Positions 54,053 to 64,000 of a stretch of 64,000 nucleotides of DNA are shown one piece after another; position 1 is the stretch's first letter, and every line of letters starts with the position of its first letter. The DNA comes from Dicyema japonicum (Eukaryota > Animalia > Dicyemida): contig RDEW01000004.1 in the NCBI GenBank assembly GCA_011109175.1, forward strand, positions 1,477,067 to 1,541,066, read 5' to 3'. The position numbers and the translations under genes were made by a program. The notes beneath the pieces are model-generated. The model was not told where the DNA came from and did no database searches. It saw only the letters and a list, made by a program, of their open reading frames with translations.

Positions 54053-55179
54053 TGTTCATAGTCAAGCTCTCGTGATTGACAGAGTATTTCCTCTTAGTAT
54101 CTGTATGAAAATTCGTTCAACCAGTCATCTGATATGTTAATTTGATTATACAGAAAACGATTATGAAAAAAACATACTGATTAATCGATATTGGGAAAAG
54201 CGGTAAATTTGCACAATTTTAATAAATTAACCACAACAAATAATAAATTTTTATTTTGACAACGAGAATAATTTATTTTATTTGTGTTAAATTTTTCCAA
54301 TTTTTAGTGTTAATTATATTACTCATGTGTGTCGACCTACATTATTGCGGATAAAATGTTAATTATTTTTAACAAAGGCAATTAATCGAATAAACATTAT
54401 TATATTGGAATCGATTTATGATTGTAATTATACTTTTGATAGGATTTATCACATCCTTATTAAAATAATATATCAGAAAATCTGACGATTATAATCAGTT
54501 ATATGCTAACCAATGAAACACGATATTTTCGTACCATGAAGACGGATGAATATTAAAAAAATAATTTTCCAAGGGATTTGGATGATAAGTTACACGAATA
54601 ATCTAAAAAGGACTGGGATTATAGGACATCTCTTTCTTCAGTATAAGCAGGAAAGAGCATCCAGTTCGTTTGCTAGGAACCTACATCGATTACTCTGTTG
54701 GGATGACAAATTAAGAAGTCGTAAAACTATCTAAATTTTTCATATGAATGATCTTCTCTATTTACCGATCTAAAGGTAACTGACTTATATATTTTGTTAT
54801 TCGTCAATTCCTAATAAAGATGGGCATTGATGATGGTTTAAATTGTACTGTTCGACGTGGGCAAGTGGTTACTATTATAAATAAAGGCTGTCGATAGAAT
54901 ATGGATATTTTGATTTTATTGTGGATTAATTAATGTTATATCACTATAAATAATAAATCCGAGGTTTTAATGGGTGAGGTTTCCTGGATTTATACGAGAA
55001 GCTGAGGAGAAGGAATTACGATCAGTTTTGAAGACACCCGAGTTCTGCAGAAACTCAAAGAATCACTTGGATTGCCGTTGGACTACTCAAGGAGAGTTCG
55101 GGAATTATTAGAAGCTGGGATCATTTAATTATTATGATTTGACATATTTCTTGATAACCTGTAAGTTTTTAAATAAATA

Positions 55180-55520
55180 ATCAATTGGAAACGAACATGC
55201 TTTTACACTCCTATGATATTTTACACTTTCATGATAGTCTTTTATCAGGATAGATAGGCATTCTTCCGCATGACCGATATATTTACAAATGGATTTCCTG
55301 TTTCTTTACAGAAACACAGGAAAATGCAATCGATGTTTCCCATAGAGTGAGAAAAACTCGCAACATTCAGAAGTTAACGAAGTGTCGTATGTGACATTGC
55401 TATGACATGTTTCGGATAACAAATCGTACATCCGGTTAAAATGTGACTGAACCTCTAAACCCCCTAAAGAAAGAATTTAACCCTTGCGAAGATGATTAGG
55501 TTGTCCGCATATAATCAAAA
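55180..55520 (+). mobile_element. Possible decayed integrase zinc-binding region
   Basis: LHFHDS..G....YKW....C..C pattern; weak. Confidence 0.25.
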
Positions 55521-55759
55521 CTAAGTTATTTTGATCGTCAATCCTTTAAATATCATGGCGAAATAGGAAGAACAATACGGATGAAAGTGGGGAAATTTTT
55601 AAACCTCATTCACTAGTAGACGAAATCTTGAGTTTTTATTACTACAATAAACTTTTTGCGTCAGGAAATTTGCAAACCACAAATCGATGTTTGGGTTGAT
55701 ATTAGGTCAAAAACTCTTTTTTAATAGTTCTTAGAAGCGTTTCTACTAAAGCCATAAAA

Positions 55760-56020
55760 AACCTTTGTATCAACAAGTTTAGTGGACGTCTGCAGCCAAT
55801 CATTTATGGAGGAAAAGTCTCCACACCCCAGAAGTTCGTGTCCACTTGCCGCGTATCAATTGCGGTCACTATACGGTTTTACACGACTTTACGAACAGAA
55901 TCGATCAATCGATTTCGCCGCTGTGCCCCTCCTGCCTTTTAGATGACCACAAGACTGGCCACAATTTCTCTTGTCCTAATCGTTTTAAATTTCTGGTCCA
56001 CGCCAGATACACCTGACTGA
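55760..56020 (+). mobile_element. I/Jockey-type LINE C-terminal CCHC relic (target of the twin-primed insertion)
   Basis: ISPLCPSCLLDDHKTGHNFSCP; the reading continues across the TSD (LRTSDLAIIFL). Confidence 0.6.
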
Positions 56021-56033
56021 GAACGTCCGATTT

Positions 56034-56597
56034 ATTATTATTAAGGCACTTTCACGAAAGCCATAATGTTTATAGCCCACATGTGCAACACTCAAAACAA
56101 TATTTAGTGATAATCTTTTCCATTTTCTTCTGTCGAATGCAAGCGATCTTAATTCATCTAGGTCGTCCCCCGTTTTGAGCTCTTTTCACCTGGTTTAGGT
56201 GAGGAAAGGATGGCTAAGAGACAAAAAACTTGGAATTGACATCAGATGCATGGTTTACAACGCCTTTGTGAAATCAGTCCTACTGTACAACGCTGGGAAT
56301 TGAGGAAGCTCCTTTAACGAACTAATGAAACTGGAATCGTTCCATCGAAGGCAACTAAGAAGCTTACTCAGAGTGGAGAATATCAACCAGTAATATTTAC
56401 AACAAGTGTATGTGTTCGTACATCAGGAAAGATGTGATAGATTCCCGGTGGAGGCTATTTGGACATGTATTAAGAATGAACCCGGACGCACCCGCTAACA
56501 AATCGATGGAAGATTACTTTGACAGTTGCGACAAACCCTTCCGTGGACGACCAAGAACGACACTGCCGATTGTCTTAAACAAAGATCTAAACCAGGT
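56034..56597 (-). mobile_element. 5'-inverted (twin-primed) RTE insertion
   Basis: 56034-56198 is the RTE 3' end plus tail on the minus strand. 56199-56597 is the adjacent upstream RTE segment on the plus strand. 13-bp TSD gaacgtccgattt at 56021-56033 and 56598-56610. Confidence 0.9.
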
Positions 56598-56710
56598 GAA
56601 CGTCCGATTTGGCTATTATTTTTCTGTTAAAAATCGGTTTTCCTCATATGATGAGACTGGGGATACATAAGGTCCTCAAAATGGAATAAAAGTCGTTTGA
56701 TAAAAACTAA

Positions 56711-59669
56711 AGCTGGTGACGTCTTTTGGTTGAGCTGGTGACGTGGCTCTTTACAATATGTCTGAAAAGTAAAGGAAACTCGTGGATTCATCTTTCTCGC
56801 TACTCACATTTAATGTCAGAGGCTCACACAATCATGGAAAAGAACAGCACTATGCGACGATCTGATAAAATAAAAAGTTACAGTTGGATGCTTGCATGAA
56901 ACAAAACTGCACTATGGGCTAGAAGAGGATCTATTGAGCTATCATTTCATCTCATTTCGAAGTGAAAGCAGACACTTTGGCCAAGAATTTGTGATAAAGA
57001 AAGAGCTAAGACCAATGATTCACCGCTATTGGAGCATAAACGACCGAATTTGTGTACTTCAGATTTGTATGAACAAGCTCCGCCCATCTAAAAGTTTACT
57101 ATCCATCATAAACGTGTACACACCCTACAGTGGATGGATTGAAAAAGACCCTACTGAGATAGATCTGTTCTATTCCTGTCTTTCTGAAGTTTACTCTGAA
57201 CTTTTACACTTGTCGATAACTGTCATCGCTGGCGACCTTAACGCAAAAGTGGGAATACAGAGAGACCCGGAACATTATGGAAAGACATGGAATAAAGAAC
57301 GTTGCAGGAACACTACTTGCTAACTTCTGTCAGGCAAACGGACTATTCCTCTGTAACACTGCATTCATGCACCAGACAAGACACAAAACTACCTGGACAG
57401 GGTGTAGGAAAAAATCTTGTGGTGAATTTATAAACATCTACAATCAGATTGACTATATAATCTGTCGAACTAAAGATAAAACTTTTTTCACCAACGCAAG
57501 GTCATATGGCGAGTCGAATATTGACAGTGACCACAAAATGGTCATTCCAGAATGTCACTGAACAGACACCTAACCAAGAAGAAGTAAATATCAAAGGGCC
57601 ACACGATACACATAACAGGAGAAAACTTTATTCAACAAAAGAGGGATGACTACAGGAGATGCCTCGACATGAAGCTGAGTATTGTGGAAACAAACCAAGA
57701 AATCCCCAAAGTCTGGAAACAACTGCAAGAATTAATACGAAGGGCAGCGGACAGACAGCTTCTAGACACAGAAATGGTCAGCACATCACCAAGGGGGACA
57801 ACAGAGATATTACTCCTTGTAAAGAAACAAAAATCTATTTGGCTTGAATACTTAAACACTGAAGACAAGCATATCAAAGAGGAGCTTAGTCGTGAAAAAA
57901 CAAATATCAAGAAGAAAATCTTAAAGTACGTTTCCACTATGTCAAGGAACGAGACTAAAGAACAGATCAAGGAACTTGAAGATCTGAAGGACTATGGAAA
58001 GTACTATGAGGCGATCAGATTACTCCGTGGATGCAACGCAGACAACCTCTAATCATGAACGACGAAAATGGCAGATGGATAGCAGACTCTGCAGAATTAA
58101 TTGCCTGTCACTTCAAGAAATTGTTTAAGTCGGACAGCAACAGAATTGCAGCATTTACGGTTCATTCCAGGAAATTGGAGGTGGAAATAACTTCCGCAGA
58201 AGTGCGACAAGCCTATCTTAAGCTTAAAAACAACCAGACGGGCTAGAACCAGAGCTACTAAAGTATACAAGTGAAAACCAACATACCCTTATTGCAGACC
58301 TCTTCAATGGAATGTTTAAAACTAACAACCACTTACCTTTTGGACAAGGAATACTGGTCCCTGTGCAAAAACAGAACAAAGCTAAGAGAAAAGTGGAGAA
58401 CCTTAGGCCAGTAATTCTTATGAAGAGCATACGGAAAGTGCTTGCAATTGTTACTATACAAAGGATAAAGCCTCGTACGGAACAATTTTTATCCGAGTTC
58501 CACATCGGCTTTCGAGAAGGAAGGTCAAATTCTACATTTTTTGAAGCCATAGATTGCGTTGTTCCAATATTCAAAGGTTCAAAAACGCGACAAACATTCT
58601 TGGAATCGATATGTCAAGAGCTTTTGACTCAATCAATTGTCAGAAATTGATGGATGTACTCACAGAATTCCTTACGAATCTTCTTCCAGGATGGTTGGGT
58701 ACTTTTATCAGAAACTTACTATCGGTCAGGTACGGGAAAGTGCTCTAAGCCATTAAAACAACATCTCGGACACCTCAAGGGGATCCGTTATCTCCCATAC
58801 TATTTTTCATATACCTGGAAGCTGCATTGAGGAAGTCAAAACTATATTATGAAGCAAAAATCGATGTGGTGGTTTATGCAGATGACGTGGATTTCATTTC
58901 TCTCGACATGAATGCTCTGAAAAGCCTATTGGAGGTGATGCCAAATAAACTTGCCGAGTGGTTCTTCAATGTAAATGTGGAGAAAACAGAATTGACTGAA
59001 CTAGTCAGACAAAAATCCAAGCTGGATGAACATTTGAGAAAAGTAAAAAAACTCGGATCGTTATTGGGAGATGAACAAGACGTAATTATGCGGAAAACAC
59101 ATGCAAACAGTTCACTACACAGCCTAAATGAAAACTGGCAAAAGCGTAAAGGATTGAGTACACAAACACGGATACGTTTATACAATTCACTGGTAAAGCT
59201 TATTCTCCTCTACAATGCGGAACATGGGACTTTTGATACGGACAATCACAATCTAGACTCGTTCCATAGAGATCAGCTTCAATGTACTCTAGCCTCGACA
59301 TGGCATTCAAGGCTCAGAAGCAAAATAGTTTATTCCAGGACATCAATCTACCCTATCTCACTAGAAATAACGGCATGCAGGTGGAGACTATTCGGACACA
59401 TTCTAAGAATGGATTTGGAGGCACCAGCAAATACTGCCATAGAATTTGACGGACCTCGTTTCATGGGGCGCACGAGAAATTCTCTCCCGGTTACGCTGGA
59501 TAGAAACCTTCGGAGAGTTGGAAAACAATTAAAAGACGGGGATGACCTTGACGCCTTACGGGACGTTGCCCAGGACAGGAGGAAATGGAAGAAATTAATA
59601 ACTCTTATTATTCCCTGTGCTGCACAAGCTTTGTCATGATCCATGGCATCGCGAAAGTGCTTAATAATA
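56711..59669 (+). mobile_element. Full-length RTE-like LINE, second, diverged subfamily, decayed
   Basis: APE (56892-57561), RT (58031-59639: QGDPLSPILF, YADD), (TAA)n tail; TSD ataaaaactaa at 56700-56710 and 59670-59680. Confidence 0.9.
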
Positions 59670-59799
59670 ATAAAAACTAATACCACATACATATGCGTTT
59701 TTGTGACATTAAAACCACTAGTAATAAACAGTAATCAGATTCAGTTATACTATTGAAAGAAGGAAACGGTAGAACAAAAGAAATCAAAGTTAATACAAG

Positions 59800-61263
59800 T
59801 ATCTTTTACCCTATCGATGTAGTCCGTGTTAAAGTAATCGGACGGTAAGAAAATGTCCATCTTTTGATTTTCCCGTCTTCAGAATCGACTTGATCATGGA
59901 GTTTTTGGTCTTCGACGTCCTCAGTGCTCTTTTTTATGAGCCTCAGATCATTATTAAGAAAATCAGGAAGCGTTTTACGTGGATGTCCACAGAATCTTTC
60001 ACCAGATGCTATAAAGTAGTTCTCCATTGGGAGATTTGTCTGGGTACTTTAATTTATTCTTAGAAAGTGACCAAACATATTTCTACACGCATACGTACAC
60101 TGTTGATTGCACAAAAGTGTTTGCTCTGCTCTCTTGTGGTGTCTCAAGCAAACATTTGTTAGGTTTGTCACACTATACTCCAATGTTTTGTAACACGATA
60201 CGTTTTTTTTGTAGTCGTGGTCCTCTCAGCATTTTTCCAGGAGATGGATAGGACCCAAACGTGTACATGCATAAAAATACATGGCTCGATATGCTGCTTC
60301 TATGACACCTTTAAGATAGGGTGTTTGCCTATTTTCCATAGTTCTGAGAGGTTTTTCAGTATATTGATCTCGCATTTTGTCTGCTGCGAGAAACACGTGC
60401 ATATCGAAGGTGATATCCAGGTTTTTTTTAATTGTTGAGATGGGTTTGGTATCGTTTGCCTTGAGATTGACTAATCGCTTCCCAGTCTCTCGTCCGAAGT
60501 AAAAAGGGAAGTGATAGATTTTTATGGGCTATTCGATAACTGGTTGTCATTTAACCAAACGTGTAGTCAATACAATCGTTGTTGTAATTTTGTTGTGTAA
60601 GTAAACCAACCAAGTTTAATATTTCAGAGATAGCTGTGTGGGAAATCATTCAGGAGAGAATTATTCTTGGGACTGAGTCGAGCCTAGTTTTTTTGAAAGT
60701 CTAAATTTGTTTAAAAATTGGTCAAAAAGTAAAATTGGTACAAGTCGACAGTAATTTTTTAAAGCCACATTTATTTAAAACCAAGAATCACCTAAATATT
60801 AAAAAATACGTGCCATCAGGTGAACCCGGCCTCCTTTAGCATCCTCCTCTTGCTTTCACGGTGTTCGTCTCGAGAACCGACGCACTTCCTGTACGTACGA
60901 GAGACTTTACTAGATTTCGGAGATGGCAATCGGGCTTCCGTTCCCCTCACAAGTTTCCTCGAACGGAGTTGGAATTAAACGTAAGACTTTTTAGGGCCCC
61001 TGTGACTGTTGCTTGAAAGACATTAATTCTCTTTAGGTTTGTATATGACAGGTTTGTGCCCTATGTCACACAGCCGTAGCTAATTGTCCGGTTGATTTTA
61101 TTGCGTATAAAGGTAGCTTACTGTTTAGTAGAAACAGCTTTTGTAGTATCCAAGAAGTGTTTTTACAAAGTTTAGTTTTCGCTGGGAGGAACAAATGACA
61201 TCACTGAAATGCTTACTGATTGTTATAAGGGGGTCGTATGTGATCCCCAGTATTTTGATATAG
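59800..61263 (-). mobile_element. RTE 3' relic (59800-60030) and I/Jockey RT C-terminal relics
   Basis: MENYF..FCGHPRKTLP..LNNDL; IKILGITYDP..KHFSDV..RKLNFVKTL. Confidence 0.6.
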
Positions 61264-61276
61264 TTAGTGGAGAGGA

Positions 61277-61584
61277 CATAGTGGTTAGGTGTCAGGCAAA
61301 ACTGGCTTAGGTCACGGGTTCGATTCTCGCTGCTGTTCATCTGATGAAAGGTTCCACGCATCTACGATGCAAAAAAGGGCTTTACGAGTGACGCCGTCAA
61401 TTCACTGCGGAACTGGATTGTAAAAAAAGGACCCACATACAAGAAAAAGAAAAAAAGAAGTGAAGATCATTCCTTGGTTTTACGATTAGTTAAAAATTAA
61501 CTGTTATTTACTTAATTAAAGTATGTATCCTGCCTATGCGGAGCTATAAATATTATGGCTCTCGTGAAAAGGCTATTATTATTA
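61277..61584 (+). mobile_element. tRNA-derived SINE with TSD
   Basis: 13-bp TSD ttagtggagagga at 61264-61276 and 61585-61597; complete RTE-like tail. Confidence 0.92.
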
Positions 61585-61819
61585 TTAGTGGAGAGGATTG
61601 AATTTCCATTAAGGTCAAAAAAGGTGCCGAGTTTGTTAGTCTTATATTTGAAATAAACATTATTATGCTAGACTTTTAGGGTTTGTGTGTAATGGTCTTT
61701 GTGAGTGATTATTACATAATATTTTAGCAGATGTCTCAGTGGACAGTTCATTTTTGAACCAGGCGGCATGGAAACGTCAGGAACCATAGAAAGCAGGTCA
61801 CTGACCCTGCTAGTGTCGG

Positions 61820-62086
61820 ACCAAAGGCCTGATGGCCTCTAGTTCGAATGTAAATTTCGGCTGAAGGTTCCTCGCATCTATGATGCTTTGACTTAACAAG
61901 TGACGTTGTAATCAGTACATGTCACTGCGGAACCGAATCGTCTACAAAAGGACTCACATTCAGCAAAAAAAGCAAGAAGTGAAGAGTACTCTCTCATCGA
62001 TTAGATGACAACTGTTCATAGCTTAAAATAAAGTGTGCGTCCTGCCTGGGAGGAGCGATAGCTAATGTGGCTCCTCGTAAAGTGCA
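61820..62086 (+). mobile_element. Older diverged SINE copy
   Basis: gaaggttcctcgcatctatgatgc..cactgcggaacc..taaagtgtgcgtcctgcc..gtggctcctcgtaaagtgc. Confidence 0.7.
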
Positions 62087-63299
62087 TTTTTGAATTTAGT
62101 CTTTTTGAATTTAGTTTTCTTTTACAGTGTTTATTCTACACTCGAAATGTCAAATTATTTAAACATTTCTTTCAAAATGTTGAGCAAAAAAGGCAGCCAA
62201 CTGCTGTTGAACAATGAGAACACGAGTCACAAGACACAAAAACATACTTACAAAACAATAGTGACTGAACTTATTAACCGTATGACTAATTTTATGATAA
62301 AGCGTACTAACTGAGATAAAGAACTTTAAAAACTGTGCACATATATGAAAACTATATTTCTAAATTGTATTTCTAGCGCGGCCCGGTATCGGTCGGCGGC
62401 TCACCACTGACTTAAATGATTGACCAAGTAATGACTGAATGACAGAAAAGAAAAAATGTAAGATCTATGAAATTGTTTTGTCTGATTCTTTTAGAGTTTT
62501 TTGGTGCTTTTTGAAAATTTTAATTGTTAATGTATCCATCTGCGCCAGCTGTACTTTGCCTTTGCATCTGAGGATTGACTTACCATCGGAAGTGTTTTGC
62601 ATTCTAATCTCAGACTAGAACGTAGTCTAAATCAGAGGATAATTTAATTTATTAACTCTAAAAACATCAAGAAGAAAGTTAATAATTAACAACTAATTAG
62701 GCTTATTCAGTACCCACAGTCGCGGAAGCAGAGTCGTTCCATAGAGACATAAAAGTTCATTCAGCGAGTAGCCAGTAGAAGGAATCAAACTCAGAACCGA
62801 TTGCTATAGTATGAGTATGACGTCCAAGCCACTAAACTATTTAAATAATAATAATAAATTACAAAGACCACAGTAACAACCACGTGATCCCGGCACGATT
62901 AAAAAAAGACTTCAGCTTAGCACGTTGATCGTCCCTCTAGCCCACGCAACTACGCATCGCCCATGTAACTGGTTCCTCGTAATCGCAACTGCAGGTTCCT
63001 TTGTTTTTCAGTAATAAAGATTCAAAGGGCATTGGAGACTGGGACTCTCCAGAAGTTCATTTTTTCGTAATTTTGGAAGCCCTTTTTGGCTGGCTTCGAT
63101 TTTCATGCAATTTGTTCCAGAAATAAGAAGGCCCCATGAAGCACATGCATATCAGATACATGGCTCGATGTACTGCTTGTATATTGTGTTCAAAAATATA
63201 GGGTAGATATAAAATTGATATTATACTTATTTAAATTTCATAATTAATAAATAATAATCTAATTATTTTTGATAAAATTAAAAATATGATAATTTTTGT

Positions 63300-64000
63300 T
63301 TATGATATTCTGGATTAAGTGGCTATTCTGATATATGGACAAAGATGTATTTGTTAACTCACTGATTAATGTTACAAAAGAGGTAATTTTAAAATATATA
63401 TCTTAAAGGCAGAACAAAATCTCCTAAAAAGCCAATCACTTGAAAGAGAAGCCAGAAATATTGAAATTGAAGATCTTAAGAAAAGAGCATCCTTAGATGA
63501 GCAAGATACTTCAGTTTCAAATGTATTATGTCCAACCACCGAAGAAGTCGATTTATTTATGACTACTACAGTCTAGTGTCGCTCAGATAAAATTGGAAGA
63601 ATCAATCACTTTTGACTCAAATAAACGATGAAAAATCCATTTTGCTGTCAGAACTGAATGGACAGCAAATGATTATTCAAGAATTAGAGGAATCTGTCAT
63701 CCAAAACACAAAGTTACTTCAAAATAAAACCAAGGTGTGCTTACTTTTTTTAATTTTATTGCCATCAAATTATTATTTTAGGAATTAACTGAACTTAATG
63801 AAGCCATAACTGGACTTTCTCAGCGTGTTTCGTATTCAAAGGAACTCTTGAAACAACGCGATTTATTGATTGAAGTGATTATTGTTCATTAACAAAATTC
63901 ATAGGAAAGTCAGCTGTTGAAATTAATTGAAAACAGAGGACCTGAAGACGTCACAGTTCGATCTGTCGCAATATTATCTGACGATTTAAAAGAAAAGTTA
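63300..64000 (+). CDS. Partial multi-exon coiled-coil protein, truncated by the window end
   Basis: Exons AEQNLLKSQSLEREARNIEIEDLKKR, ELTELNEAITGLSQRV..LLIE and ESQLLKLIENRGPEDV, separated by ~26-35 nt GT-AG introns. Confidence 0.55.

Noticed and set aside
61325-61400. CTGATGA in the SINE as a hammerhead ribozyme core
   Set aside because: Other SINE copies read CTGGTGG, and no stem II/GAAA geometry could be built.
62370-62410. GC-rich stretch ending in CTAG on the minus strand as a Helitron end
   Set aside because: The hairpin is imperfect, the flanking base is wrong, and no second copy was seen.
62700-62835. Possible second tRNA-derived SINE head on the minus strand
   Set aside because: The A/B boxes are degenerate, there is no cloverleaf, and no other copy occurs in the window.

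Overview
This is an AT-rich nuclear DNA window from an animal with ultrashort spliceosomal introns (mostly 21-35 nt) and the standard genetic code. The gene set (SLC6, Islet-type LIM-homeobox, thyroglobulin-1 domain, NHERF-like PDZ, ciliary WDR93-like) plus intron size suggests a highly reduced parasite such as a dicyemid or orthonectid. A myxozoan fits less well because of the cilia gene. This taxon call is inference only. About 12 intron-dense host genes are present: SLC6 transporter, orphan C2H2 protein, GANP/SAC3, ZRSR2, Islet, two-PDZ NHERF-like, two tandem GH47 mannosidases, a Tg1-mucin-TM protein, WDR93-like, an HMG-box protein and a partial coiled-coil gene. There is also one tRNA-Glu(CTC). 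The intergenic DNA is packed with mobile DNA: two full-length ~3 kb RTE-like LINEs with TSDs, a tRNA-derived SINE sharing the RTE 3' tail, a twin-primed (5'-inverted) RTE insertion with a 13-bp TSD, two Ginger2/TDD-like DNA transposons whose integrase genes carry host-type micro-introns, and many CRE and I/Jockey relics. Single-base deletions, often in homopolymers, interrupt several conserved genes, so frameshifts may be assembly errors. Gene models were spliced by eye and relic boundaries are approximate.
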